The notes under the pieces: generated by a model | What the model was told of the DNA's origin: nothing | The model's database searches: none | The model's input: only the letters and a program-made list of their open reading frames with translations | Origin: an uncultured Methanosarcinales archaeon | GTDB lineage: Archaea > Nanobdellota > Nanobdellia > Woesearchaeales > JAGVZT01 | Direction of reading: 5' to 3' | Length of the DNA stretch: 64,000 bases | Assembly: GCA_964419615.1 (NCBI GenBank) | Contig: CAYQPU010000003.1 | Location: 8,054 to 72,053, forward strand | Shown: positions 48,909 through 59,410 of the stretch, piece after piece | How the letters are laid out: each line of letters opens with the position of its first letter | How positions within the stretch are numbered: the first letter of the stretch is position 1 | Made by a program: the position numbers and the translations under genes

Positions 48909-49895
48909 TTATTCAATATTAATAAAAATAACGTTTCCATCAGCTGTCTCTGGTGAGCCTTTCATTTTAATGCTAGCAGGTTGTTGGGCTACCCTTAGGC
49001 CTTTGGGAATTTCATTCCAATTTTTTCCAACAGCACATCTACCCATCAGAACAGTGCCAATTGGTTTACTATCTGCTGGATTACCTGTGTGAATCTCATA
49101 ATCTAAAGATTCACCTCTCTGTAGTCTATTTTTTTCGGTTGTGAAAATATCATGACTATAGATTAATTTAACATCAAATTCTTGGCAAAGACTTACCTTT
49201 TGACAATCCTTCTTACCAATTCCACCACAAAGACATAAGCAGTTTTTGCCAGCACACTCAGGTGGCATTAACACTTTTGAAGATCCAAAACCACACAGTA
49301 ATCTTTTTGTATCCTCTCCGTTAAATGCAACGATCATGTGATCTTTGTGTAGCCAGAAATGTGGGAATATTTTTTCTTTATCTCCAGCTATAAGAAGATT
49401 ATAACCAATGTAATTATCAATAAGTCCAGTAAAATCAGTAAATGTAGTAAAATCCATTCCTTGTATAAAAGTAACAAGCTTTTTATCATAATCAATCTCA
49501 CCCATCCCATCTTCAGTGACTTTCAACGTGATTGTATGATCTCTATACGTAGGGAGTTCATATTCTAGCCTGTGAATACCTTGATTTTCTTTTTTACCTG
49601 AAAGATCAATAGGTTCTTTTATTCCAGAAGTATCATTATAATATAAGTCAAAATCTAGTTTCTCATCATTTACCAGGACCCACTCAATAATTACATCTCT
49701 TCCAAAGCCTCGCTCAACTGTGAATTTTTGAATTGGACTATTTGTATCATCTGTAGGTAATCCAATGAGTTTCCTGAATATTGTGGGAATGTCATCTACT
49801 TCTCCTCGAATTGGGTATATAATCACTGCAATAATAATCAACATAACAACAACTCCTATTGCAGCTTCAATTATGTTTCTAAGCGATAATCCCAT
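48909..49895 (-). CDS. membrane-anchored pilin-associated protein, Cys-rich
   Basis: N-terminal hydrophobic helix, CLCLC motif shared with 47979-48656. Confidence 0.6.
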   Translation of the reverse strand: MGLSLRNIIEAAIGVVVMLIIIAVIIYPIRGEVDDIPTIFRKLIGLPTDDTNSPIQKFTVERGFGRDVIIEWVLVNDEKLDFDLYYNDTSGIKEPIDLSGKKENQGIHRLEYELPTYRDHTITLKVTEDGMGEIDYDKKLVTFIQGMDFTTFTDFTGLIDNYIGYNLLIAGDKEKIFPHFWLHKDHMIVAFNGEDTKRLLCGFGSSKVLMPPECAGKNCLCLCGGIGKKDCQKVSLCQEFDVKLIYSHDIFTTEKNRLQRGESLDYEIHTGNPADSKPIGTVLMGRCAVGKNWNEIPKGLRVAQQPASIKMKGSPETADGNVIFINIE

Positions 49896-49896
49896 T

Positions 49897-50049
49897 TTAT
49901 CTGAACCTCAAAAAGCTTGTTAGATCTTTCCATAAATCTTTTATTGAATCTCTCATAAAGTAGATTATTCCAATTAATACTAATAATAACAATAAGATTA
50001 ATGCAATATTAATCAACTTAGACCATACTAACTGTCCTTTTTTCCTCAT
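49897..50049 (-). CDS. 50-aa pilin-like peptide (not in ORF track)
   Basis: own translation MRKKG-QLVWSKLINIALILLLLLVLIGIIYFMRDSIKDLWKDLTSFLRFR. Confidence 0.75.
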   Translation of the reverse strand: MRKKGQLVWSKLINIALILLLLLVLIGIIYFMRDSIKDLWKDLTSFLRFR

Positions 50050-50078
50050 TTTGTATATTTTTGATTAATTAGTTTAAA

Positions 50079-50975
50079 TTATTTTTGCATAACTTGTAGT
50101 GGTGTAGATTTTGCTTCCAATCTTGTACATCCTAATGAATTTAGATTATCATAATCTCCAAGATAGACATATGCATTGTATTCAGCACTTTTATCAGCGC
50201 CTATCATATAACCAGATCCAGCGCCCGCCCCTAATCCTAATATGACAAATGTTGCACCACAAACTGGAGCAGTAAGGCCACAAGTAACTAATCCTACAAC
50301 AGTTCCAGCTGCAATACCTGCCCCTCCCATTTTTAGAGTCTCAACTTTTTTTGTTTGGTAGACCCATTTCCAGGCACCAGGATATGCATCTTTGTCCATA
50401 AAGAAAATAACAGCTAAAGGATCTGATGTGGTAAAGCGGTCATATGATTCAAATTCAGAATTAAGGTAGTGGTCAGTCTCAAAGCTTTCTATATCAGTTC
50501 CATAAAAATACTCCCAATATGTATCTTCTCTTGTTGGAATTTTGGTTTCTCTCAAAAATAACATGAACTGGTTGATCTTAACATCCTCTTCAAAGGTTAA
50601 CCTAGAACAAACTGCACAATAAGCACCATCCTTTGTTTCAAATAACTCCTTTTCACCTTCAAGATACATATCCCAACAATCGTACATCTTGTTGGCAATT
50701 ATTCTCTTAACAACTTCTGGATCATCTTCATCATAATTGATGTATTCTGTTGAGCATTCTATTTGAGCAGCATTACCATATGGATCAAACAAACCCTCAA
50801 TTTCTTCTTTTAGCTTGTTTGAACTCATCTGAATGCTTGATTTACATATTTCCTTGTTGGCAATTTCATTACCTGAAACAATAGTGTCCTTAAAGAAAAA
50901 CATAATCACAACAGTTACAATTAGTGCAAATATTATCCAGCCAAGAGTACTCATTGACATGGCTCTTTTTGACAT
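50079..50975 (-). CDS. pilin-like protein
   Basis: MSKRA-MSMSTLGWIIFALIV; paralogous to 51844-52524 (IANKMYDCW vs MANKVVQCW, CAVC vs CLIC). Confidence 0.65.
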   Translation of the reverse strand: MSKRAMSMSTLGWIIFALIVTVVIMFFFKDTIVSGNEIANKEICKSSIQMSSNKLKEEIEGLFDPYGNAAQIECSTEYINYDEDDPEVVKRIIANKMYDCWDMYLEGEKELFETKDGAYCAVCSRLTFEEDVKINQFMLFLRETKIPTREDTYWEYFYGTDIESFETDHYLNSEFESYDRFTTSDPLAVIFFMDKDAYPGAWKWVYQTKKVETLKMGGAGIAAGTVVGLVTCGLTAPVCGATFVILGLGAGAGSGYMIGADKSAEYNAYVYLGDYDNLNSLGCTRLEAKSTPLQVMQK

Positions 50976-51842
50976 TTATGCCACCACCAAATATGTTCCA
51001 ATAAACATAATGACTGCAATTCCCAGTCTAAACATCAAATTCTGTTCATTAAAAAACTTCCCACCAAGCAGAACTACAAACAAGGTTGATAAAGTTAATA
51101 TTGGCGTTACAAGTGAAACAAAAGTCATTGAAACAGCTTTGATTGCTAAAAACCAGGATACTACAGATAAGAATGAAATAAAAAATACAAGAAATTTTTC
51201 ATCTTTAATGCATTTGATAACCTCTTTAAATCCGTGTTTGTAAGTATGATATACGTTTAGATTAATAGTTACAAAAAACCAAATCAATGAACCATATGTG
51301 AATATATTCATTTCTCCTGTGAAAAATTTGTCAAAAACAGATCCAATACTGAAAATAAAAATTGCTATAATATAATAAAGACTATACTTATCCTTAAGCA
51401 GGTTTTTTAGAGGCTGAATAATGTTTGAAAAATGGTGATCTGCCTGAAGTACATATGCTGAAATAAAAATAACTCCAATTCCAATCATTTGAGTTAAAGT
51501 TAGGGATTCTCCTAGAAATATAACTGCAATTAAAGCAACAAAAGCAGGCTTGATATTTGACAAAGGTGCTATTAATGAAATCTCTCCGTGTCTAAAAGCT
51601 TTTGATGCAAGGAGTATACCAATTGCTGATATAAATGAGTTAAAATATATCAAGTACAATAATTTGAAATCAAAATTAAAATCTAAAAAAGGAATAATAA
51701 ATATGCAGAACACTGAATTTAGTAATAGTCTTGTTGATTCAAAATTTAGTGCGTGTTCATGACATAAGGCCTTTTTTCTTAGTATAGTAAATAAAGTAGC
51801 AAAGATTACAGACATCAATGCATAAGCATACCATGGTATCAT
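50976..51842 (-). CDS. EamA/DMT family transporter
   Basis: about 10 TM segments, GEISLIAPL, FLGE, GGKFFNE. Confidence 0.85.
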   Translation of the reverse strand: MIPWYAYALMSVIFATLFTILRKKALCHEHALNFESTRLLLNSVFCIFIIPFLDFNFDFKLLYLIYFNSFISAIGILLASKAFRHGEISLIAPLSNIKPAFVALIAVIFLGESLTLTQMIGIGVIFISAYVLQADHHFSNIIQPLKNLLKDKYSLYYIIAIFIFSIGSVFDKFFTGEMNIFTYGSLIWFFVTINLNVYHTYKHGFKEVIKCIKDEKFLVFFISFLSVVSWFLAIKAVSMTFVSLVTPILTLSTLFVVLLGGKFFNEQNLMFRLGIAVIMFIGTYLVVA

Positions 51843-51843
51843 T

Positions 51844-52524
51844 TTAATTCATCACAATTGTACATTTTTCAGATAAGTCATAATAAGGAACTATTTCAAT
51901 CTCTTGATCATCATAAGTGCCGTGCATAAAAGTTGATTTCCAAATAACTGCTAATGGTGCTGATGTGTCATAAACATCATCTAGCTTTGTGAACTCTTCC
52001 ATTTCATCTGAGTCTGGATTTCTTGAGTACAGATGTTGAAAATAAGTTTTATCTTTTGTTGTTGGTTTATTCCTAACCATCCAAAGATCCAAACCTTGGA
52101 TTGGACTAATATCTTCAAAATCAATGATGTTGCAAATTAAACAGTAGCTTCCAACACCTGTAGTTACTAAAGGAGTACTTGGATAAGGTTGGTTTTCTCC
52201 TGCTCCAACAGTATACCAACATTGCACCACCTTGTTAGCCATTTTTCTTTTAACAAGATTTTCATAATTATCAGCATCACTCCCTGTAAAATCTTCTTTA
52301 CTAATTGTATCTCTAGCTGCAAGACAATCAAAATCCGGAATCTTTTCTTTTCCTATAAGTTTATCTTTTGTTGAGGTTGCAATACTAAACGAACATGCCT
52401 GATTCATGATGAAATCATCAGCATCGCTGGCCATTTGCTTATTTAGTGATACAAGTACAAATCCTCCAATCAAGGCTAATATAATAGAAGCCAAAACAGC
52501 CAAAGACATTGATCCTTTTTTCAT
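51844..52524 (-). CDS. pilin-like protein
   Basis: MKKG-SMSLAVLASIILALIGG; ATG at 52524. Confidence 0.65.
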   Translation of the reverse strand: MKKGSMSLAVLASIILALIGGFVLVSLNKQMASDADDFIMNQACSFSIATSTKDKLIGKEKIPDFDCLAARDTISKEDFTGSDADNYENLVKRKMANKVVQCWYTVGAGENQPYPSTPLVTTGVGSYCLICNIIDFEDISPIQGLDLWMVRNKPTTKDKTYFQHLYSRNPDSDEMEEFTKLDDVYDTSAPLAVIWKSTFMHGTYDDQEIEIVPYYDLSEKCTIVMN

Positions 52525-52531
52525 TTTGGTA

Positions 52532-52660
52532 TTATGGATGAATAATCTTATCCAAACCTCCTTTAAAAAATAAAAACAGTAATAACATACCCAAAAGAGA
52601 TAATATAACAATGATAAGTGTCATGATTGATTGTTTATGACCTTCTCCTCTTTTATTCAT
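52532..52660 (-). CDS. 42-aa pilin-like peptide, first gene of cluster (not in ORF track)
   Basis: own translation MNKRG-EGHKQSIMTLIIVILSLLGMLLLFLFFKGGLDKIIHP; BRE-TATA GAAAAACTTATATA about 23 nt upstream. Confidence 0.65.
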   Translation of the reverse strand: MNKRGEGHKQSIMTLIIVILSLLGMLLLFLFFKGGLDKIIHP

Positions 52661-52719
52661 AATATTAAACCATTTTTAAGGATATATAAGTTTTTCTAAT
52701 AATACTAATACAGAATGGC

Positions 52720-52866
52720 TAGCTGTACCTGGCCTGTTCGTGAGCCAGTTTATTTGATGTTTAATGATTTTGAATTCAAACCTAGATTCAATCTGATAAA
52801 CTGTTCTTTTTTGTCTCTTACGATGAGTCAAGTCTCACTCACTCAAATCTGGCCAAGGTGCAGCTA
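52720..52866. ncRNA. unassigned structured element, copy B (paralog of 24724-24871)
   Basis: terminal stem TAGCTGTACCTGGCC/GGCCAAGGTGCAGCTA; shared core with compensatory changes. Confidence 0.7.
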
Positions 52867-52930
52867 TCTTATCTTATTGATATTTACTAAAACCATAACC
52901 TTTTTAAGCAAAACATTACTCCTAGTTGAT

Positions 52931-53107
52931 ATGGCAAATAATGATTTAACATGTGCATCATGTGGCATTAGAGTTACTAATGATCAGGCAACTGTTAGTT
53001 TTCCCTGCCCAAATTGTGCAAAAACAACTATTACAAGATGTAAGCATTGCAGAGAAAAGGCTAGCAGATACAAATGTACTGAATGTGGATTTGAGGGACC
53101 TAATTAA
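52931..53107 (+). CDS. DUF1610-type zinc-ribbon protein
   Basis: CASCG..FPCPNC..RCKHCR..YKCTECGFEGPN; conserved position before aEF-1beta. Confidence 0.9.
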   Translation: MANNDLTCASCGIRVTNDQATVSFPCPNCAKTTITRCKHCREKASRYKCTECGFEGPN

Positions 53108-53108
53108 A

Positions 53109-53384
53109 ATGGCAGATGTGATCATAACTCTTAAGGTAATGCCAGAATCTCTTGAAACTGATTTGGATGAACTCCAAACTCAAATAAAGCAGAAGATTGA
53201 AGCTTTTGAAGGGGAAGTTGGAAAAGTGGAGATTCAACCAGTTGCATTTGGTTTGAAATCATTGAACATTTTCTTTGTTCGAGATGAATCAAAAGGTTCA
53301 GTAGACAATCTTGAAGCAGAAGTTGAAGCTATGGAGAATGTAGCATCAGTTGAAGTGACAGATGTTAGAAGAGCTATTGGTTAA
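53109..53384 (+). CDS. ef1b: elongation factor aEF-1 beta
   Basis: MADVIITLKVMPES, PVAFGLKSL, VEVTDVRR. Confidence 0.95.
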   Translation: MADVIITLKVMPESLETDLDELQTQIKQKIEAFEGEVGKVEIQPVAFGLKSLNIFFVRDESKGSVDNLEAEVEAMENVASVEVTDVRRAIG

Positions 53385-53443
53385 TTCTTATAATCATATT
53401 TTTATCAGTTTATTTTATATATAGAGTTTGATTATCTATTCTT

Positions 53444-54610
53444 ATGAAAGTACAAGCAGAAATTTTCAATGATCTCTATTTAGGATTCAGAAGAACTCCT
53501 AATTGGGAGAATGATCCAAGTCAATTATTTAATGATATTACTAGTCTCGTAGTTTTTGGGTTGTCAGAATGCATTTGGAGATGCTGTCATTGTGCAATTG
53601 ATTATGATTTTTTTGAAAATGGAGAAGGTGCAACAGTTATGGATGAGGATGTAGCCTTATCTTTGGTTGAAATGGTACCAAAACTTCAACAAACCACAGC
53701 AGCTGGAACTGAATTTCCATTGCTAGATGAAAGCATTCGAACAAATGCAATTAGTAATAAACTAATTCCAAAAAAAATTAATAAAAAATTACATGGAATT
53801 GATTATGCAGAACAGTTGCTTGGTGATATGGTAGATCATGTGTGGAGAGACTGGGGGATTATTGGACAAATGCTTCCAAAAATCCGAGCTACAAAACATG
53901 AACGGTTTGTTCGAGTCCCGACAAATGGCTGGGTATTTCCATGGCTTTGGCATGAAGGAATAGACATTTTTGATAGTTATTCAGATGATGATTTAAGACA
54001 ATCTTTGTTATATCAGACTTTGGAGAAATATATTGGAGTTACTTTTGTAGTATCCATAGGTCCATTTAATCATGTTGAATATATCAAAAGAAATGTTGGA
54101 AATAAAGAGCAGTTGACAATGGAGCGAAGAATAACAGAGTTTAATGAAGTCGCTGCTTTAATTAAAGAAGATTATCAAGATATTCAAGGTAAACCTGAGG
54201 GTGCAGTAACACTTGGATTAGGTTATATTTTTACCCATGCTCAACCAAGTGGTGTTAAGATTGATGATATTGATTGGGATCAAGTTGATAAAGAAATGGG
54301 TGAATTTTGGGGAATTGAAAATCCTCCTTCTAATCTATTAGATAGAAATGAGGTTGTGCAGTTCATAAGGTCATGGGGGTACGATTATGAACTTGAAAAG
54401 CAGGAAGTGTATTTTGAGGGAGAAGCAAAACAGTTTCCTTGGGCTTATAAAGGACACAGAACCACAAAATTGGGACCTCATGAGTCTTATCTAGTTGAGT
54501 TATATGCAGTACCTGTTGCTGATGGAAAAACAGTTTGGTTTTTTGACAATACTGTTGACATGTATGGACCGTGTAAAGAGAATGCACATTTTGCATTAAG
54601 ATTTAATTAA
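53444..54610 (+). CDS. divergent radical-SAM-like protein
   Basis: CIWRCCHC (CX3CX2C) near N-terminus, PTNG; no clear GGE motif. Confidence 0.5.
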   Translation: MKVQAEIFNDLYLGFRRTPNWENDPSQLFNDITSLVVFGLSECIWRCCHCAIDYDFFENGEGATVMDEDVALSLVEMVPKLQQTTAAGTEFPLLDESIRTNAISNKLIPKKINKKLHGIDYAEQLLGDMVDHVWRDWGIIGQMLPKIRATKHERFVRVPTNGWVFPWLWHEGIDIFDSYSDDDLRQSLLYQTLEKYIGVTFVVSIGPFNHVEYIKRNVGNKEQLTMERRITEFNEVAALIKEDYQDIQGKPEGAVTLGLGYIFTHAQPSGVKIDDIDWDQVDKEMGEFWGIENPPSNLLDRNEVVQFIRSWGYDYELEKQEVYFEGEAKQFPWAYKGHRTTKLGPHESYLVELYAVPVADGKTVWFFDNTVDMYGPCKENAHFALRFN

Positions 54611-55644
54611 GGTTGTTGTTTAGATCTAACTCCCCAACCTAGAAAATGAGTCCTTGTTACATCTTTACTTAAGACTGATTCAATCTTTGGTATAGATTTA
54701 CCTGTTTTTTTTGCTAGTTTATGTAAGTCCCAAAAACCAACAGCATCAATCTTGCACTCTTCATTGATTAGGGTAATTAGATTATGAAGTTCTGTATTAC
54801 TAATGTTATGTCTTTTGTACATCTTGCTGACAAGTTTTGGATCCCATAATTGACCAACCCACAATGGACCAGTATAATCATATCCTTTCTTGAGATTTTG
54901 GTCTGATACTTCTCGGTCAAGAGTTTTTGGATTATGTAAAAGGTATTTGTGTTGTTTCAAAATATTATCAGCTTTGATCCTTCCTTTTTCACATTTGAAA
55001 AAAACACGATAATAATGTTGATGAGTATAAGAAAACACAGGGACAAGTGCCTTTTCAAATGCTGCTCCAATTAATTGAACTTTTCTTATCAAAATTCTAA
55101 TTCCACTCTCATGCATGAATTCATTTTTTAGTGGTTTTGCCCAATACTTACGTTTGCATGCTTTTGGAGAGGATCCAGATAAAGCACTTGTGTCAGTGGC
55201 AGTAACTGCTAAGATTCCGCCTCTACCTAATCTAATAATTGAACTCTCCAAAAATGGATTTGGACTTCCAAATGGATCAACATCAATGTAATCAAAACCT
55301 TTGCTCTGCAGTAAAAATAAGTTTGCATCCTTATTTTCAAGTTCAAAACCTTTTAAATTATTTAACTTAAGATTATGTTTAATAAGCTCAATTGATTTAG
55401 GACTATAATCATTAAAGACAATTCTCTTTACAATATTTTTCTTCAGTTCAAGCAAAAACCTAATTCCTCTTACTCCTGATCCTGCAAGAGGCAATGCAAT
55501 CTGCATATCCTTCATACTTGAAGAATTTAATAATAACACAGAAACATCTCTATTTAATTTCATTACAGGATTGTAAAAAACCTCTAATTTTTTTGAGATT
55601 TTTCCTTTGTGAACATTTAATTTTGCTTTACCTTCTTGTATCAT
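54607..55644 (-). CDS. trm1: tRNA G26 N2,N2-dimethyltransferase
   Basis: VFYNPVMKLNRD, GSGVRGIR, IDVDPFGSP, VTATD. Confidence 0.93.
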   Translation of the reverse strand: MIQEGKAKLNVHKGKISKKLEVFYNPVMKLNRDVSVLLLNSSSMKDMQIALPLAGSGVRGIRFLLELKKNIVKRIVFNDYSPKSIELIKHNLKLNNLKGFELENKDANLFLLQSKGFDYIDVDPFGSPNPFLESSIIRLGRGGILAVTATDTSALSGSSPKACKRKYWAKPLKNEFMHESGIRILIRKVQLIGAAFEKALVPVFSYTHQHYYRVFFKCEKGRIKADNILKQHKYLLHNPKTLDREVSDQNLKKGYDYTGPLWVGQLWDPKLVSKMYKRHNISNTELHNLITLINEECKIDAVGFWDLHKLAKKTGKSIPKIESVLSKDVTRTHFLGWGVRSKQQP

Positions 55645-55679
55645 AAGGAAAAGTATCCTTTAATAGAATAAAAACCTTC

Positions 55680-55985
55680 CTACAACTTCTTTCGAATTCT
55701 TCTAATTGACTTTTGTTGCTCTCTAGCCCACCTAATGGTATTCTTAACTCTTTCTTCCATGTCATTCAAATATTTTCTTTCATCATGGATTATTTTCTTA
55801 GCTTCTTTTGCAATACTTTCTGTATCTTCTAATCTTTTTAGATGAGAAATTCTTTTTTCTAGGTGCTTGGTTCGATTTTCCATGTCATGGAGTTTGTTAA
55901 TATCTAATCTTATTGTGTGTTGCTTAGATTTTATTCTTCTATAACTTCGTAGAATTCTGTCCAAGTTTCTATGAAAATCTTTCAT
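55680..55985 (-). CDS. basic coiled-coil hypothetical protein
   Basis: heptad-like K/R/E-rich ORF. Confidence 0.55.
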   Translation of the reverse strand: MKDFHRNLDRILRSYRRIKSKQHTIRLDINKLHDMENRTKHLEKRISHLKRLEDTESIAKEAKKIIHDERKYLNDMEERVKNTIRWAREQQKSIRRIRKKL

Positions 55986-55995
55986 TGTTTAACCA

Positions 55996-58263
55996 TTAAC
56001 CATAATAAGATGGTTTTTCTTCTTTCATTTCTTTGCCACGTGCTGATCTAAATGCTGTTCCAAACTCTTCATAAGCCTTTTGAATATCTTTTGTTATTGA
56101 TGGTTTAACTTTAACCATTGCCTCTTTAAAATGTTTTGCTTGTACATGCTTAGTTTTAATATCTTCTCTTAAAGCAAGAATTGCAGCTTCTCTGCAAATT
56201 GCTTCAATATCTGCCCCAGCATAACCTTGAGTTTTTTCAGCTAAATCACTCACTTTTACACCTTTAAGTGGCATTCCTTTTGTATGAACTTTAAATATTT
56301 CCTCTCTAGCTTTTTTGTCAGGAGTTGGTGTAAGGATTAACCTGTCAAATCTTCCAGGTCGAAGTAAAGCAGTATCAATAATATCTGGTCTATTGGTTGC
56401 AGCAATAACAACAACATCATTAAGATCTACCAGACCATCCATTTCAGTTAATATTTGATTAACAACTCTTTCTGTCACAGGATTATCTGATCTTGTACCT
56501 CTTCTTGGAACTAATGAATCCAATTCATCAAAGAAAATAATTGTTGGTGCAGTTTGTCTTGCTTTTTCAAAAACTTTTCTAACAGCTTTTTCACTCTCTC
56601 CAACCCACTTGCTTAATAATTCAGGACCTTTAACTAAAATAAAATTCGCTTCTGATTCAGTAGCAACAGCCTTAGCCAACAATGTTTTACCAGTTCCAGG
56701 TGCACCATATAACAAAATACCTTTTGGAGGTTTAACTCCAAGCCTTTTGAATGCTTGTGGGTTTTTTAATGGCCATTCCACAGCTTCTATTAACTCTTGC
56801 TGCACATTTTTTAATCCGCCAACGTCAGTCCACTTGACATTAGGAACCTCAACTAATACCTCTCTCATAGCACTTGGTCTAACAACTTTTAATGCTTCCT
56901 TGAAATCTTTATGTTTAACTCTTAATTTTTCAAGTACTTCTGTTGGAATTGGTTCTTCTTCCTTAAACTGTAATTTAGGTAGTAATCTTCTTAAAACAAT
57001 CATGGCAGCTTCCTTGGCGAGTGATGCAAGATCAGCACCAACAAAACCATGAGTTACTTTTGCTAATTGTTTTAAATTTACATCTTCTGCAAGCGGCATA
57101 CCTCTTGTGTGAATCTTTAAAATGTTCAATCTGCCTTCTTTTCCAGGAACCCCAATCTCAAGTTCTCGATCAAACCTACCTGGTCTTCTTAGGGCAGAAT
57201 CTAATAAATTTGGAACATTTGTTGCAGCAATAACAATAACTTTTCCTCTGGATTTTAAACCATCCATCAAGGCTAGCATCTGAGCTACAACTCTTCTTTC
57301 AACTTCTCCTTGAACTTCCTCTCTTTTCGCTGCAATAGCATCAATTTCATCAATAAAAATAATTGAAGGTGCATTTTTTTCAGCTTCTTCAAACTTTTTT
57401 CTCAAATTCTGTTCGCTTTGGCCATAATATTTACTCATTATTTCCGGGCCATTAATTAGAATAAAATGTGAATTTGTTTCAGAGGCAACAGCTTTTGCTA
57501 ATAAAGTCTTACCTGTTCCAGGTGGTCCTTGAAGTAAAACACCTTTTGGAGGTTCAATACCTAATCTTTCAAAAATTTCAGGATGCTTTAAAGGAAGTTC
57601 AACCATTTCCCTTATTTTAATAATCTCTTCTTCTAGTCCTCCAATATCTTCATATGTGGCTTCAAGTACACTATCCTCTGCAACCTCAATAGCTTCAGGA
57701 TTAAAAACAACTTCTGTTAGATCTGAAATTATTACAGCTTTTTTTGGCTGTGTATCTACTACTCTAAATTTTAAATCACCAAATCCAAATCCTAACAACT
57801 CATTTGGAATATTAAACACATCTTCAAACATAGAACTTTCAGATAATGTATTACGCCTGCTCTTGGATCCACCTAAACTTACAATATCTCCCTTAATTAC
57901 AGCTCTTCCCATCAGCCCTCTTTTAAATATCTCTGATGAAGCTCTAACTAAAATTCCTTTTCGGTCTGGGGCGATTATAACTTTTTTAGCTTCTTTTACC
58001 TCAGCTTTGTTAACTTGGACAATCTCACCAATACCTGCTTTTGCGTTTCTTCTGATGATTCCATCCATTCTAATAATATCAAGACCAATATCACCCGGAT
58101 AAGCTCGGTCAACAATCGCAACAGTCATCCGCTCTCCAGAAATCTCAACAATATCGCCTGGCCTAACACCAATATCATGCATATTAGTAGTATCAATTCT
58201 AACAATTCCCTTGTTTACATCATCCTGAATTGCTTCTGCAACTTTTAATTTTTTACTTGTCAT
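55996..58263 (-). CDS. cdc48: CDC48/VAT AAA ATPase
   Basis: N-domain plus two AAA modules ([16 protein letters not shown]); C-terminal YYG HbYX-type motif. Confidence 0.96.
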   Translation of the reverse strand: MTSKKLKVAEAIQDDVNKGIVRIDTTNMHDIGVRPGDIVEISGERMTVAIVDRAYPGDIGLDIIRMDGIIRRNAKAGIGEIVQVNKAEVKEAKKVIIAPDRKGILVRASSEIFKRGLMGRAVIKGDIVSLGGSKSRRNTLSESSMFEDVFNIPNELLGFGFGDLKFRVVDTQPKKAVIISDLTEVVFNPEAIEVAEDSVLEATYEDIGGLEEEIIKIREMVELPLKHPEIFERLGIEPPKGVLLQGPPGTGKTLLAKAVASETNSHFILINGPEIMSKYYGQSEQNLRKKFEEAEKNAPSIIFIDEIDAIAAKREEVQGEVERRVVAQMLALMDGLKSRGKVIVIAATNVPNLLDSALRRPGRFDRELEIGVPGKEGRLNILKIHTRGMPLAEDVNLKQLAKVTHGFVGADLASLAKEAAMIVLRRLLPKLQFKEEEPIPTEVLEKLRVKHKDFKEALKVVRPSAMREVLVEVPNVKWTDVGGLKNVQQELIEAVEWPLKNPQAFKRLGVKPPKGILLYGAPGTGKTLLAKAVATESEANFILVKGPELLSKWVGESEKAVRKVFEKARQTAPTIIFFDELDSLVPRRGTRSDNPVTERVVNQILTEMDGLVDLNDVVVIAATNRPDIIDTALLRPGRFDRLILTPTPDKKAREEIFKVHTKGMPLKGVKVSDLAEKTQGYAGADIEAICREAAILALREDIKTKHVQAKHFKEAMVKVKPSITKDIQKAYEEFGTAFRSARGKEMKEEKPSYYG

Positions 58264-58325
58264 AGCTAGTTGTAATATCTTTTAATAAATAAATCTTTTG
58301 TAGAAGAGTATATTCAATACTCCTA

Positions 58326-58751
58326 TCATCCAATATAATTTTGGCTTCTTGATTCTACTTTAGGTAGAGGGATTGGAGGCGGCAGATTTATTTCTTTACT
58401 TAGCATAATTGCCTGGATATTGCTTTTTGTTAAAGCAGCATTTAAAACAGGTTGCACAAGCTCTTTTGCTACTTTTTTCTCAGCTTTCCAATCCTTTTCA
58501 GCTTGTTTAATTGTTTTTTCATCAGCTAAAAATAAAACTTCTCCAAATATGTTTATAGATGCAATATTTGGGCTATAATCTGAAACATACTCAAAAGTAA
58601 ACTTTAATCCGTTTTCTTTAACATTACCCAAAGCTAACTCGGTCTTCTCCACTTTTTTAATACGAATATTATTTTTTATGTTAAGTTTACCCTTAGCTTG
58701 GTTCTTTTTTTCAACGTTTATTTTTGTAAAACTCATACCCACAACAGCCAT
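58326..58751 (-). CDS. conserved hypothetical protein (SecB-like pattern)
   Basis: FTFEYVSDY..INIFGEVLF, EINLPPPIPLP. Confidence 0.6.
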   Translation of the reverse strand: MAVVGMSFTKINVEKKNQAKGKLNIKNNIRIKKVEKTELALGNVKENGLKFTFEYVSDYSPNIASINIFGEVLFLADEKTIKQAEKDWKAEKKVAKELVQPVLNAALTKSNIQAIMLSKEINLPPPIPLPKVESRSQNYIG

Positions 58752-58860
58752 TAAAATCACCGATTCTAGCAAATGTTCCAAGCTTTATAAATTTATCGTC
58801 TTCTGTAATTTCGGATTGTTTCTAGAAAGCTTTAAATAGCTGTAAATCAGTATCTAGAGT

Positions 58861-59166
58861 ATGGCATTTAGTAAGAATTTTCCAAGAACTGTTAAAGGCA
58901 CAACCTACCCAATTTGGGAAGAGATATTTCTTACAGATGAGGAAGAAAGTAAGGAAGAGAAGAAAGCCAGACAAGAAAATATTAATCTAATGAAAGAATG
59001 TATTGATGATACTAAAAGTATTTTTAAGAATAAAGATTTAAAACAATATCAATCGGATTTAATCAATATTGCAATTGCATTATTTGAAAAAAGGGCTTCT
59101 CATACCGTATATTGGAAAGAAAGCAAAGCAAAAGAAAAATTTGATAAATTGTTTGGCAATAAGTAG
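58861..59166 (+). CDS. conserved hypothetical protein
   Basis: intact ORF MAFSKNFPRT..IALFEKRASH. Confidence 0.6.
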   Translation: MAFSKNFPRTVKGTTYPIWEEIFLTDEEESKEEKKARQENINLMKECIDDTKSIFKNKDLKQYQSDLINIAIALFEKRASHTVYWKESKAKEKFDKLFGNK

Positions 59167-59355
59167 TTACTTTAGCTTTGCTTGTGTTGGACCATATGTC
59201 ATAGATACAAGGGAGGAAACAAACATAATTCCAAAAACCAGCATTAATGTAAAACCCCATGTTTTACTGTATTTAAAAACATATAATCCCGACACCATCA
59301 ATCCAATAATCGAACCTGCCATAAATCCGCCTGATAAAGGAGCAATCTTATTCAT
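59167..59355 (-). CDS. small 2-TM membrane protein
   Basis: two hydrophobic segments, SD GAGGTG upstream. Confidence 0.55.
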   Translation of the reverse strand: MNKIAPLSGGFMAGSIIGLMVSGLYVFKYSKTWGFTLMLVFGIMFVSSLVSMTYGPTQAKLK

Positions 59356-59410
59356 TTAAAACACCTCTTTTTATTAACTTGGTAATAATTGTTTATATAC
59401 TTTGCTGAAC

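Noticed and set aside
52715-52930. Long N-terminal extensions of the Zn-ribbon and aEF-1beta ORFs in the track
   Set aside because: Family homology starts at ATG 52931 and 53109; the extension overlaps structured element B
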